The translations under genes and the position numbers were made by a program. The notes beneath the pieces are model-generated. The model saw nothing but the letters and a program-made list of their open reading frames with translations, was not told where the DNA came from and did not search any database. DNA of 54,277 nt from a virus, in the IMG/VR virus record IMGVR_UViG_3300014208_001418, one strand, 5' to 3'. Position 1 is the first letter of the stretch; the number at the start of each line of letters is the position of its first letter. This document shows, in pieces, positions 28,431-39,193 of the stretch.

Positions 28431-28449
28431 ACATAGGAAAGATAATTAC

Positions 28450-31400
28450 ATGGTAACAAAAGTACGTGCATCTTCAGGACATATACAGTCCTTCAACATC
28501 GATTTAATCATTTCCTCTCTTCTTAAAGAAACTGCCCTCGTAGAAAAGCTCAACGGAGACAAACGATTAACTACAAAACAAGCTTATTCCATAGCTACTG
28601 AAGTCGAAAAGCTCATAGACGAACACAACATCCAATACCTTTCTGCTCCCCTAATCCGCGAACTCGTATGTGCCGTCATGCTCAAAAAAGACTTAGGCGA
28701 AATACGCAGAGTCTACACCCGGGTAGGTCTTCCAATCTACGACCTCTTTAATATCATCACCAATCCCAACATCGAAAATGCCAACCTTGTAGATAATGCT
28801 GAAACAGCACATAAATACGTAGCTGATAAAGTTATGAAAGAAGCATGTTTACTCTTACTCCCACGTCACATCTCTGAAGCTCATCTCGCAGGAGATATTC
28901 ACATCCATGATCTTGAATATTTCATGAGTAGGGGATTTTGCTGTGATTGGGATTTACGCAATTTTTTCTTCTATGGTCTAGATTCTTCTGGAGTGAACAA
29001 AACTAACGTAGCAGGTCCTGCCAAAAACGCTGAAGTTGCTATTCTGCATGCTGCAAAAGTGCTAGGTAGTGCCCAAACAAACTATTCAGTAGATGCTTCA
29101 GAAGACATAATAACTTCAAAAGACGAAATAGTTTCAATAAACAAAATAGGAAGCTTTATCGATTCCTTAATGAATAACAAAGATACAGCAAAAATTCCTG
29201 AAATTAATGGTGAATATATAGACATATCTAATCTAGGCATTAAAGCAGTTGCATTCAATCCTAACACCTTTAAAAACGAATTCAAAACTATAAATAGAAT
29301 AATTCGTCATCCCTGCAAAGATGAACTTTTTGAAATAAAAACAAAATCTGGCAGAAAAGTTAAGACAACAGGAAGTCATAGTGTCTTTAAGTTCATCAAT
29401 AATAAGCCATGCGAAGCATTAGTTAAAGACTTAAATGCTGGTGATGAGCTTGTTATACCAAATCTTTTACCATCATCAAATGAAATAGTTGAAATAGACT
29501 TAATAAAAGAACTATCAAAGCTAGATCGAAAGCTTATAGCAGATATTTTTGTTACAGGAAGTGGATATAAAATCCCAGCTCCTGGGAGAAAACATTATGA
29601 TTGGAATCGTAGAGACTCAATTCCATTAACTTATATATTGGACAACTCAATCAAATTAAACCTTAACTCATGCTATTTAAGAACTCCTCGTTCTGATAAG
29701 AAAATACCAGTTATTATAAAATTAACTCCCGAATTCTATCGATTGATGGGTTATTTCACTTCAGAAGGCCATATTTCTGAAACTTCTTCAGGGTGCCATC
29801 ATATAGGTTTTTCTTTTGGAACTGAGAAAAAACTTGCCTGCGTTGAAGATACAAAGACAGCACTAAAAAATGTTTTTAATCTTGATGGCAAAGAAAATGA
29901 ATATCATAAAAGTGTCACCCAAGTAATTGTAGACTCCAAGATGCTATGCATCTTATTTAAGCATGTTTTTAATACAGGAATTGGTTCCCATAGCAAAAGA
30001 ATTCCTAAATATGTTTTTAATTCATCTGAGGCAAATAAAAAAGAATTCTTAAAAGGATACTTTTGTGATGGACATTCAAGAAGAAGATGGATCGCTTTTT
30101 CAACAGTGTCAGAAATGCTAGCATCTGATTTATCCTACTTACTCCTGCACTTCGGAATCATATCAAGATTTGAAGAAATGACAATGCCTGCGAGAGAATT
30201 TGAAAATAGAATAATAAAAAGCTCAAAGCTTTTTAAAGTCGTAGTTTATGGAAGAGAAAATAAAGAATCTCTGACTTCGATATTGGGAACACGAAACAAC
30301 CTGGACACATACAAGACTGATATTACATTCCCTTCCAGAGAAAACAAAATCATTCAAGGTGATTTATGCTCAGATACTATCAAGTCCATTACAAGAATAA
30401 AGCCATCTACTGAATATGTTTACGATTTATCCATCGATAACTACGAAAACTTTATTGGAGGATTTGGAGGTATAGCTCTTCATAACTCAGGAGGGCAGGG
30501 TTTTTATAATTTCCTAACCTTCGTATCCCCATATCTCAAATCCCGTTCTGAAAAAGAGATTCGTCAACTCATGCAGATGTTTCTCTACGAAATCTCCCAA
30601 ACAATGGTTGCTCGTGGCGGTCAAGTTGTCTTCTCCAGCATACAGCTAACTCCCGGAGTCCCAACTCTCTGGAAAGACAAGCCCTCAGTCTACGCAGGTT
30701 CTATTCACTACGATGAACCATATTCCCTATTCGAAAGAGAAGTACGCATAGCCTTCAAAGTCTTAATGGAACTCATGATCGAAGGCGATTACAATCATCG
30801 TCCTTTTAATTTTCCCAAACCCGAAATCGCCTTCATGAAAGAATTTCTCATCCCCAAAGAAGAAGACGAATTTTATAGAAATGATATGATTCACATACCA
30901 TCATATGATGAACTCTATGACAAAGTCTTCGAACTAACCGCAAAATTTGGCACTCCCTATTTCGATAACATGATCCCTTCCTATCGCACTCACGGAGATA
31001 ACTCCATCGATTGCTACCAGTGCTGTGCCTACTCCTTTACCACAAATCAATCAACTGACAACGAATTCAACAATAAGCTCTACTTCAAAAATAACATCGG
31101 CTTCTCTATGGGAGCTTGGCAAGTCGTAACCATCAACTGTCCTCGTCTTGCCTATCAATCCTCCTCACCCGAAGATTTCATTCAACGCTGGAAAACCCTA
31201 GTTTCCCTATCTGTAGACATCTTCCGTGAAAAACAAAAGTTCATGAACATCCAACTTGCCTCGAATCGTATTCCCTTCGCCCAGCAAAAACCACAGAACC
31301 ACACAACTAAATCCCAATACTCCCTTGTAGACTTCGAAAACCTCGTATGGGAAATTGGCGTAATAGGCATCGATGACGTTGTTCGTCATTTCACAGGAAA

Positions 31401-32046
31401 GTCAATGCACGAATCAACCGATTCCTTTGCCCTAGCCCAATATCTCTGTCTTGAAATGCGTCAAGCCATCGCTGAAGCCTCAACAACCTCAGGCCTTCGT
31501 CTTGTCTTTGCTCGCACTCCAGCCGAAACAACAGCCCAACGCTTCGCAGTTTCCGACATAATAAATCCTCTCTATTCCGATTCTGCCAAATCCATAGTCA
31601 GTGGAGACCTTCCCACAGCTCTCTCCCTCCTTTCCCAAACTAAAGACCTCCCCATCTATTACACAAATGGCACCCACGTTCCCGTTTCCGCCGATTGTTC
31701 CCTTCCCGATAGAATTCGTATCGAAGAAGACTTCTTTGACATTCTCGATGGTGGCAACATTCATCACATCTTCCTAGCCGAAAAGAACTCCTCCCCTCAA
31801 GGCCTAAAAGAATTTGCAATGAACGTCATTCGCAAAACCAAAATCGGCTACTTCTCTTTCACCAAAATCCTAACTTCCTGTTGTGATTGTCATCACGTGG
31901 AAGAAGGAGAAAACAAAACCTGTTTACAATGCGGTTCCACAAACATTGATTACATCTCCAGAATCACAGGCTACCTCAGCAACTGGAAATCGTGGAACAA
32001 GGCTAAGCAACAGGAATTTTGGGACAGGAGAAAGCATAACATTTAA
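28450..32046 (+). CDS. nrdD: Class III anaerobic ribonucleotide reductase with ATP cone and intein
   Basis: GDIHIHDLEY, TPAE, YYTNG, CxxC/CxxC, glycyl-radical RITGY; the track start 28417 is also possible. Confidence 0.95.
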   Translation: MVTKVRASSGHIQSFNIDLIISSLLKETALVEKLNGDKRLTTKQAYSIATEVEKLIDEHNIQYLSAPLIRELVCAVMLKKDLGEIRRVYTRVGLPIYDLFNIITNPNIENANLVDNAETAHKYVADKVMKEACLLLLPRHISEAHLAGDIHIHDLEYFMSRGFCCDWDLRNFFFYGLDSSGVNKTNVAGPAKNAEVAILHAAKVLGSAQTNYSVDASEDIITSKDEIVSINKIGSFIDSLMNNKDTAKIPEINGEYIDISNLGIKAVAFNPNTFKNEFKTINRIIRHPCKDELFEIKTKSGRKVKTTGSHSVFKFINNKPCEALVKDLNAGDELVIPNLLPSSNEIVEIDLIKELSKLDRKLIADIFVTGSGYKIPAPGRKHYDWNRRDSIPLTYILDNSIKLNLNSCYLRTPRSDKKIPVIIKLTPEFYRLMGYFTSEGHISETSSGCHHIGFSFGTEKKLACVEDTKTALKNVFNLDGKENEYHKSVTQVIVDSKMLCILFKHVFNTGIGSHSKRIPKYVFNSSEANKKEFLKGYFCDGHSRRRWIAFSTVSEMLASDLSYLLLHFGIISRFEEMTMPAREFENRIIKSSKLFKVVVYGRENKESLTSILGTRNNLDTYKTDITFPSRENKIIQGDLCSDTIKSITRIKPSTEYVYDLSIDNYENFIGGFGGIALHNSGGQGFYNFLTFVSPYLKSRSEKEIRQLMQMFLYEISQTMVARGGQVVFSSIQLTPGVPTLWKDKPSVYAGSIHYDEPYSLFEREVRIAFKVLMELMIEGDYNHRPFNFPKPEIAFMKEFLIPKEEDEFYRNDMIHIPSYDELYDKVFELTAKFGTPYFDNMIPSYRTHGDNSIDCYQCCAYSFTTNQSTDNEFNNKLYFKNNIGFSMGAWQVVTINCPRLAYQSSSPEDFIQRWKTLVSLSVDIFREKQKFMNIQLASNRIPFAQQKPQNHTTKSQYSLVDFENLVWEIGVIGIDDVVRHFTGKSMHESTDSFALAQYLCLEMRQAIAEASTTSGLRLVFARTPAETTAQRFAVSDIINPLYSDSAKSIVSGDLPTALSLLSQTKDLPIYYTNGTHVPVSADCSLPDRIRIEEDFFDILDGGNIHHIFLAEKNSSPQGLKEFAMNVIRKTKIGYFSFTKILTSCCDCHHVEEGENKTCLQCGSTNIDYISRITGYLSNWKSWNKAKQQEFWDRRKHNI
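29086..30486 (+). mobile_element. Intein (467 aa) with LAGLIDADG endonuclease in NrdD
   Basis: QTNY|SVDA...TTGSHS...LMGYFTSEG...FLKGYFCDG...YVYDLSI...LHN|SGGQG. Confidence 0.93.
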
Positions 32047-32094
32047 AAATCAACCGAAATTATAAAAAAAATAACCTCAGGAGAATCTAAAAAC

Positions 32095-32544
32095 ATGTTT
32101 TTAACAATCAGAACAACAGAACAAATAGCAATTGCCCACTTCGTACACTTAGCAAACCTACATTCGAAATGCAGAAAACTCCACGGTCATAACCTCAGAG
32201 TAGAAGTTACAGTATTTGGAGAAGTCAAAACAGATGGAATGGTAGTAGACTTTAATGCCATAAAATCTGTCATCAAAGAACTCGATCATAAAACCCTGCT
32301 CCCAGATAGCATAGCCAATCTTGATAATATGATCCCTGCAAGTGACTCCCTAAACGTAGAAGTTAATAACAAATCCTATACGTTTCCAGTAGAAGATATA
32401 TTCATTCTTGAAAACACAAGCGTAGTCACTTCAGAGAACATAGCATCATACTTATGGTTAAAATTCAAATCCATGTACCCCAAAGACGACTTCACTATCA
32501 GGATATACGAAAGCGAAAATTCTTTTGTGGAGATTAAACCCTAA
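32095..32544 (+). CDS. queD: 6-carboxytetrahydropterin synthase
   Basis: AH..CRKLHGHN..GMVVDF..LDH..TSEN..YESE. Confidence 0.92.
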   Translation: MFLTIRTTEQIAIAHFVHLANLHSKCRKLHGHNLRVEVTVFGEVKTDGMVVDFNAIKSVIKELDHKTLLPDSIANLDNMIPASDSLNVEVNNKSYTFPVEDIFILENTSVVTSENIASYLWLKFKSMYPKDDFTIRIYESENSFVEIKP

Positions 32545-32729
32545 ATTAATACCCCATTTCTCCTATTTTTCTCTTATTTTTATCCTTTCTTCTCTCCAAA
32601 CTTAATTTATTTTTCCTTCTTCCTTACTTTATTCCTTCTCCACTTTTACAGCTTCAACCCGTCAAATCGACATACATTTATATAGTATATAGTAGTAGTA
32701 GTAATACTCTTAAAAAGGAGTTAAAAAAA

Positions 32730-33116
32730 TACGCCAATCACTCCTTCCTCACGGAAGGGGATTGTTCCGTAAGGAGTAAGGGTAACTGGTTGACAAGGAG
32801 GCATTAAAAAATGCAGAAGTTAGAAGAAAGAAATACATACACACCCACAGATATTCCGCACGTTAGTGGCAACTGTGATCGAATATTAAACAGAGAGGAA
32901 ACTCTCAGTGCATCCGGTTTAAAAACATCTTCTAACAACTCCGATGCGGCTCTAACTGGTTTCAGACTGTTCCAGAACAGAACTCGTGAGTCTCTGTTAC
33001 AAAAACAGTCTATATCTTACAGGAAGAAAACGATTCCAGTTATCGTGAAAACTGGAACTATTATTAAGCAGGGTACGCTATCTGCTATCCCTGCACCCCA
33101 CAAAGATGAAACTTGA
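32730..33116 (+). other. Highly structured leader containing a 101-codon ORF (32811-33116)
   Basis: At least six hairpins; GGAGG RBS; ORF overlaps the next start. Confidence 0.45.
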
Positions 33117-34182
33117 AGAAATAAACACAAAACTCGCATTAACGCCAGAGGAAATAGCTGATTTAAATGGCTGGTTCTCTAACGTTGCAGGAACAACAAA
33201 AATTCCATTAACGCAGATCACGGAGTTTTTCGAATCAAGAACAGAGGAGTCTATCGCCGCAATCGGGCTGGAAAATGTGACTAAAGAACAATTCCTTGAA
33301 TTCGTGAAATCAGCAGTCATGTCTGATGCCCAGCTCGTCTTACCTCCTCCACCGGGAGTCCATATTATCACAGCCCCTCTCGGATGGTTCCCGACAAAAT
33401 CCCGTAATCTCGGTCCAAACAAAATCGAAAAAATGAGCGAAATAATCGCCTATTCTATGATGGAAGGAACTCCTCTCACAACCACTTCAATGATGGCTTT
33501 CGGAGATGAAGCTACCCTCATACGAAACGACATCGATCCAATGCATATATACGATACAGTTGTTTCCTTCAACGCCGAGAAAAAACAGCAAGGCTTCATA
33601 AAATGCTCTATCCATAAAGAAACAAAATTCAACGGTAATCAAATTCAAGCACCGGGATTCCCAGCCAACATCAAAGCGATGGAAAAATACGTTCTTTCCC
33701 AATATCCAACTGTTCCACTCGGAAAAGCCTCAACAAACATCTCAAAGCTCATCCACACAACAAAAGGGCAGGGATCATCAGCAAAGACTTCAAAGCCTTT
33801 CCCAGACTCCACAGACCTTAAAGTCATCCAGGTCCGTATCACTGACTTCATCTCAGGTATCCGCAAAGACAACATTGAATGGGGCAAGTTCAGCGTAGTT
33901 GACTCAACCTTTATACCCACCATAAACCACAAGTCCTTCAACGTATGGGTTGACCCAATGCTCGCCAGAAGAGTCGGTGCAGGCAAAGATTCATTCGTAA
34001 GAATGATCGGCACTCTTCAGCACGATCAGAACCAGCAATTCATAGAAATGAACTGTTGCGCTATCATCGTTGATCGGCTCGTGCCCCTCGTTGAAACAGT
34101 CGCTAACATGAGTGGAATACCAATAGGTCCGGTAACAAATGTTCCTACAGCTACAACAAAAGTACTCTCAACCGTAATCTGA
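33106..34182 (+). CDS. Putative OB-fold ssDNA-binding (RPA-like) protein
   Basis: FSVVDS..FNVWV..DSFVRMIGTL beta pattern; replication context. Confidence 0.5.
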   Translation: MKLEEINTKLALTPEEIADLNGWFSNVAGTTKIPLTQITEFFESRTEESIAAIGLENVTKEQFLEFVKSAVMSDAQLVLPPPPGVHIITAPLGWFPTKSRNLGPNKIEKMSEIIAYSMMEGTPLTTTSMMAFGDEATLIRNDIDPMHIYDTVVSFNAEKKQQGFIKCSIHKETKFNGNQIQAPGFPANIKAMEKYVLSQYPTVPLGKASTNISKLIHTTKGQGSSAKTSKPFPDSTDLKVIQVRITDFISGIRKDNIEWGKFSVVDSTFIPTINHKSFNVWVDPMLARRVGAGKDSFVRMIGTLQHDQNQQFIEMNCCAIIVDRLVPLVETVANMSGIPIGPVTNVPTATTKVLSTVI

Positions 34183-34195
34183 GCAAGAAGTACCT

Positions 34196-35242
34196 ATGCC
34201 ACCCCCCAATTCCCCCTTCGCAAAATCAGAACCTTCACCTGAGATTAGCTTCATGCAAGCAGCCTCAGGTATGGGTTCTCCTTTTTTAACTAACTCATCA
34301 CGGTTAAAAATAGTAACTGCGGAAGAAGCTATAGAAGCGGGATGTCCATTTCGTATCCTAATTTCAGGATCCCCTGGAAGTGCAAAAACGCACTTTGGAT
34401 TAACGTTTCCTCCTCCAATAAAAATCATCGATACAGAAAATCGATATAAGTTAATCCTTCCCAAATTTCGCACCTGTCAAGATTGTGGCGAAAGCTTCGT
34501 TTCAACAGACATCAATTCAAAAACAAAAAAAATTGCAGGAATAAAACAATGTCCTTCCTGCAACTCCCTGAACGTAAAAATCAAAAACGTTTCCAGCATC
34601 CTCTGTAACTCAGGATCCCTAGTAAACGAAGCCTCCCAACTCTTCATAAAACAGCTTGAAGAACACTATACTAAAACAGGAGAATACGGAACTCTCATCG
34701 TTGATAACGTATCAAAAAAATGGGACTGGGACCAAAGCGAATACGCTAAAAAGAAATACGGACACGACCTTGAAACTAAAGATGATCGATTAAGTCCAAT
34801 GAACGATTATAAGTTCATAAACCCAAAGCATAACGAAGAATTCAGAGACCTGATCTTACGTGCCAATTGTCACGTTGTAATGATCGCTACGACCAAAGAC
34901 ACCTATGATAAAAACGATGCTTTCAAAGTAATAGGAAGTCGTCCAGACGGTCAAAAACATAACCCATTCGCAGTAGATTGGGATATTTTCAACATGCAAG
35001 GGCAGATAGCTCTTCAAGACGGAACAATAGTAGGTAATGGAGAATTCACATCCTATCTCAAAAAGAATTCTTTAGCATCTTGCTCTATCAACCCTATCAA
35101 GTTCCTAGACTACAAGAAAATGCTAAAAGCTCGTGAAGCATTCTTAATAGAATGCGGGATAACAGAGGAAAAACCTATATCCCCTTCTGTTATTCCTCCT
35201 CCTCCACCTACAGCTCCCGCAACTCCAGAAATAAAAAAGTAA
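34196..35242 (+). CDS. P-loop ATPase (AAA_24/Sak4-like) with Zn-ribbon insertion
   Basis: GSPGSAKT, IIDTE, TLIVD; CQDC/CPSC. Confidence 0.8.
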   Translation: MPPPNSPFAKSEPSPEISFMQAASGMGSPFLTNSSRLKIVTAEEAIEAGCPFRILISGSPGSAKTHFGLTFPPPIKIIDTENRYKLILPKFRTCQDCGESFVSTDINSKTKKIAGIKQCPSCNSLNVKIKNVSSILCNSGSLVNEASQLFIKQLEEHYTKTGEYGTLIVDNVSKKWDWDQSEYAKKKYGHDLETKDDRLSPMNDYKFINPKHNEEFRDLILRANCHVVMIATTKDTYDKNDAFKVIGSRPDGQKHNPFAVDWDIFNMQGQIALQDGTIVGNGEFTSYLKKNSLASCSINPIKFLDYKKMLKAREAFLIECGITEEKPISPSVIPPPPPTAPATPEIKK

Positions 35243-35277
35243 ATCGCAAAAATTCAAAATAAAAAGGAATAAAACAT

Positions 35278-36285
35278 ATGTCCCAAACACTCGAAAATCT
35301 AAAAACTGATTCAGCATTGCCTGAAATCGCAAATTTAAGCAAACCTGTAGAAACAATAGTAGCTCCCACCCCAGCTCCAACCCTATCCGAACTCGGAATA
35401 GACCAGACCCAAACTATCGGCATCGTCTGTTCCCCAACAGAACTCAAAAACCTCATATCCATGATTTCTCTCCCGAAGAAGCCAAGCGCAGACTTCCCGA
35501 AAATTGTCCTGAACTTCGAAGAAGATCGTGTATGGTGGGGAAACTCACTTAAAGGCTCCTTTTTCATGGTATTCGGTTTCGCTACAGCCGACTCCTTCGA
35601 ACAGATGTGGGGAAAAGGTTCAGTACCAATATCCGTACCCAAATTCCTTGAGCGACTCGAACTCCTACGATCCTATCCAGAAGTAACATTCTGGGTAAAT
35701 CTCAAAACCAAAATCTACGGACTCCAGGCTGAAAACGTCCTCTGTTTCACCTCTTACATCGAAGCAATCAGTGAAATAACCTCTGCTTACTATCCAGAAC
35801 ATCCTAATGTCAAACAGCAGAAATTCCCGATAGACTTCCTTGAAAACGGATACATTCCAAGAATGAAAACAGAAGAAAACGCATTTGTCTACGGCATAGA
35901 CACAGAGGCATCCGAACTCAAAACTATAATAACTCTCGGTGCCGCTAACTCTCGTACCAGCTACCCCATTTCCATCAGCTCCAAAGACATATCCGTAAAC
36001 TTCAATGAGGCCAACAACCCGAAAGAAACAGGCTCCACAAGAAAACGCTTAATCGCAAAGCCCGGCTCTGAACAGCTTCCCACAGATGAAAAGTCAATCA
36101 ACCTGATCATAGGTCCAACGCTAGAAAGTCTAGCTGATAACTTAAAGGGCCCGATCACCCTTCGTTTCGGTAAAACTCCCAAGTCCCCCGTTTATGTTCT
36201 CCACAAAACAAAGAATGAAGCAGGAGGTGTTATAGTAGCTGGCTTCACATTCAGTGGAAAAGAATCAGACGCAACAGGAAAGTGA
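35278..36285 (+). CDS. Putative divergent sliding clamp (PCNA-like)
   Basis: Two repeats of a clamp-like helix/strand pattern; RFC and PolB on the same element. Confidence 0.5.
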   Translation: MSQTLENLKTDSALPEIANLSKPVETIVAPTPAPTLSELGIDQTQTIGIVCSPTELKNLISMISLPKKPSADFPKIVLNFEEDRVWWGNSLKGSFFMVFGFATADSFEQMWGKGSVPISVPKFLERLELLRSYPEVTFWVNLKTKIYGLQAENVLCFTSYIEAISEITSAYYPEHPNVKQQKFPIDFLENGYIPRMKTEENAFVYGIDTEASELKTIITLGAANSRTSYPISISSKDISVNFNEANNPKETGSTRKRLIAKPGSEQLPTDEKSINLIIGPTLESLADNLKGPITLRFGKTPKSPVYVLHKTKNEAGGVIVAGFTFSGKESDATGK

Positions 36286-36379
36286 GGAACAAAAACATGT
36301 CTCAGGTCACAACCTTATCCCAACTTCCTTCCCCTATATTTTTTTTATCTTTTTTAATTCCCATTCAGGAGAGATAAAA

Positions 36380-37483
36380 ATGCAAACCTCCTCCATTTCC
36401 CCATCTCAAGCCTCCTCTCTCTTATTCGGCAGATTCCCACGCTACATAGGCCCTCGTCAATGCCAAGTTCATTCCTATCCTGAACTCCTCTCCCACATGT
36501 CAGCTCAATCAGGCGTAACCAATTGCTTCACATCCGTCTATTCTTTTATCCCAAAATACACTCCCATAATCGATAAACTCTTTCTCGAAGCCGATGACGA
36601 ACCCGCAAAAGCCCTTCGTGCAGGTCAACGCCTCTTCGAAGAATGCACAGAACGCTACCATTTCCCAACTCTCCCTATTTGGTCAGGTAACCGCTCCCCC
36701 CATATCTTTCCCCTCTTCCAACCCGAAGTTCTTCCCAACCCCTCCGATGCTATTAAAAAAGCCGCTTATAAAATAGTTCAAACCTCCAATCAATACCACA
36801 TTGATCCCTACTCCTATAAAAAAATCCCATACATTGACACTCGTGTTCTCGAAGCTCGTCGTCTCTGTCGTTTCCCCAATACCCGTCGTGTTTCCCCTTC
36901 AGGAATTCCCTCCTCCAACAATTGCATAATCCTCGATCCATCCCGATTCCTCGACATGAACATCAAAGAAGTGCAAGACCTCTCCCAAACTCCCCAAACC
37001 AAAAATATAACCTTCTCCTCTGAACCTCCCAGCTCCAAGCTCTCAGACATCCCCGTATCCGATATAAACCTTGATGAATGGGCAGGCAACCAAGTATCCT
37101 CCCCCACATCCCTCGATCCCGAAACAGAATATTATTCCTCCTCCCGCATCCAACCCACTGCTCTCGAATACATGATCGAATCCCTGATAACCCGCCCCTG
37201 CAATCGTCTCTCCCTGCAATCTCCCAACCCTTCCCACCGTGCCCGAATCTCCATCGTAGCCGAACTCAAACACAAAGGTATAGAAAAATCCTTTATAAAA
37301 TACCTTTTCTCCTGCTTCAACCTCTACGATTACGACCAAACCACCACTAGCATCCAAGTCGATCATATCTTTTCCAAAAACTACCTTCCCTTCGGTAGAA
37401 GAATTATGCAAGAGGAATCTCTCTGCAATCCGGAACCCTCCAATCCCAACTGCATCAAATGTCAAAGCAGAAAATACACTTAA
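36380..37483 (+). CDS. priS: Archaeo-eukaryotic primase with fused PriL/PriX-like C-terminal domain
   Basis: DKLFLEAD, SGNRSPH, RLCRFPNT; RPC...PSH.AR; GGAG RBS at 36380. Confidence 0.8.
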   Translation: MQTSSISPSQASSLLFGRFPRYIGPRQCQVHSYPELLSHMSAQSGVTNCFTSVYSFIPKYTPIIDKLFLEADDEPAKALRAGQRLFEECTERYHFPTLPIWSGNRSPHIFPLFQPEVLPNPSDAIKKAAYKIVQTSNQYHIDPYSYKKIPYIDTRVLEARRLCRFPNTRRVSPSGIPSSNNCIILDPSRFLDMNIKEVQDLSQTPQTKNITFSSEPPSSKLSDIPVSDINLDEWAGNQVSSPTSLDPETEYYSSSRIQPTALEYMIESLITRPCNRLSLQSPNPSHRARISIVAELKHKGIEKSFIKYLFSCFNLYDYDQTTTSIQVDHIFSKNYLPFGRRIMQEESLCNPEPSNPNCIKCQSRKYT

Positions 37484-37585
37484 ATACTAAAACCCCTTAT
37501 CAACTCCTATGTCACAAGAAGAAATGAACGCAATCAACAAATATCTCGAAGAGAATTATGAAATGTTAGTAGGATTATCGAAAAT

Positions 37586-37816
37586 ATGAGAACCAAAACC
37601 TCCAGAAGACAAAGTTCCAGACTAAATGCTAATTACCTAATATTCTACTTAGTCGTTATAGCCTTATTATTAATAGGTTCATTTTACGGCAATAATTTAA
37701 TTACATATGTCGGATTAGGCTTATTATTATTTCCTTTTATAATAACCATATCCGTTATCTTAATTTTCATATTCATATTAATCCTTTTTCGCATCCGAAC
37801 ATCCCGACATAGATAA
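37586..37816 (+). CDS. Small 2-TM protein
   Basis: Hydrophobic. Confidence 0.6.
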   Translation: MRTKTSRRQSSRLNANYLIFYLVVIALLLIGSFYGNNLITYVGLGLLLFPFIITISVILIFIFILILFRIRTSRHR

Positions 37817-37874
37817 TCATCTTTAAATACCTATCAGTAGTAGTATCATTGTTATACCCTCAAAGAGGTTAAAT

Positions 37875-38405
37875 ATGACAAAAGAAAAACAAATAATCAA
37901 CCCACCTAGATGTGTTCCTTTCGGACACTGGATAGATGTAGAACGTTTATCAAAAACAGAAATTTCAAAAGAAATTATAGAAACAACAGAGATAAAAGAA
38001 CCTAAACTTCTATATAATCCATTTTATCTTCCCATAGAAGAGAATTCAGGACTTAATATCATAGTAAGAGGAGAAAATCCCAGTCCTTTCATCCTTAAAG
38101 CAATTCTTTCCCTTTATACGCTCTCCTCCAATTCCAAAATAAACATAAAAAGGAATTGCGTAGCTTCAATGACTGACTTGATAAACAATCCCAAAGATAC
38201 CCATAACATCTTCTTTATCAGCGAAGGCATATCAGATGAAATCAGAAACAGCCTAAAATCTCTCATTGTAATCGATACTAAACATAAATTAGAGATAGAA
38301 TATGACAAAACTATTGAAGGAGATATTGCTTTATTACACATCTACAATATGTCCTTCATGCCATGTGATGCATTTATAGTTTCATTAAACGACATCAAAG
38401 ATTAA
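37875..38405 (+). CDS. Hypothetical protein
   Basis: GTA promoter; GAGGT RBS. Confidence 0.7.
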   Translation: MTKEKQIINPPRCVPFGHWIDVERLSKTEISKEIIETTEIKEPKLLYNPFYLPIEENSGLNIIVRGENPSPFILKAILSLYTLSSNSKINIKRNCVASMTDLINNPKDTHNIFFISEGISDEIRNSLKSLIVIDTKHKLEIEYDKTIEGDIALLHIYNMSFMPCDAFIVSLNDIKD

Positions 38406-38478
38406 TCTTTTTTTTCTTTTCTTTTTTCCATTAATCTCTAAGCAATCTTTATATACATTGTAGTAGTAGTAGCATTAT

Positions 38479-38940
38479 ATGACAACACAAATTACAATCT
38501 CTGAAAATAAAATATGTGGTTTTCAGGGAGAATATCTTTTCCTCTCCAACTTCTTTCCTGTAAGAATAGAACACGAAAACATAATATACCCTTCCGTTGA
38601 GAACGCTTATCAAGCCTCAAAAACTCTCGATAAACAATCTCGTTTCAGATTCGTTCATATGACTGCCGCCTCTGCAAAACGAAACGGAAAAACTCTCCCT
38701 CTTCGCCCTGATTGGGAAGAAATAAAAGTTCCCCTTATGAAAACCCTTCTCGTTAAAAAATTCCAGCAAACAACCCTACGAAGAAAGCTCCTCTCCACAA
38801 AAAACTCCCTCATCGAAGAAACTAATTACTGGAACGATACTTTCTGGGGAGTCTGCCGAAACAAAGGTGAAAACAAACTCGGCATCCTCTTAATGGAAGT
38901 TCGCTCTGAAATACAAAACGAGGTAAAAAATGTCGCATAA
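38479..38940 (+). CDS. NADAR (YbiA-like) family protein
   Basis: FLSNF, YPSVENAYQASK, KFQQ, WNDTFWG, GENKLGILLMEVR. Confidence 0.95.
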   Translation: MTTQITISENKICGFQGEYLFLSNFFPVRIEHENIIYPSVENAYQASKTLDKQSRFRFVHMTAASAKRNGKTLPLRPDWEEIKVPLMKTLLVKKFQQTTLRRKLLSTKNSLIEETNYWNDTFWGVCRNKGENKLGILLMEVRSEIQNEVKNVA

Positions 38941-39193
38941 TGCCAAATCATATATCTCTGCCCCCTTACGTCAATTTCTTGGAATAATAAACTCTTGTCC
39001 AATACCCTGTTCACTCTCTCGTATTTGCGATATGCCCTGTTCCAATTTTAAATCTCTCCCAAATCCTATTAAAATCTCCTCTCCAGAACAAAAGTATTCT
39101 ATTATACTCATTGATGACTGCTATAATTATTTCCTACAACGAAGCTCAGCACAGCGAATAACTATTTCATCAGAAGGAAGAATTTTGTTATGA
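38930..39193 (+). CDS. Cys-rich hypothetical protein
   Basis: GAGGT RBS; overlaps neighbours. Confidence 0.55.
   Translation: MSHNAKSYISAPLRQFLGIINSCPIPCSLSRICDMPCSNFKSLPNPIKISSPEQKYSIILIDDCYNYFLQRSSAQRITISSEGRILL

Noticed and set aside
32811-33105. RNase P, SRP RNA or group I/II intron
   Set aside because: Only fragments (GAGGAAACTC; GACTG/CAGTC) resemble conserved cores; the full pairings could not be built
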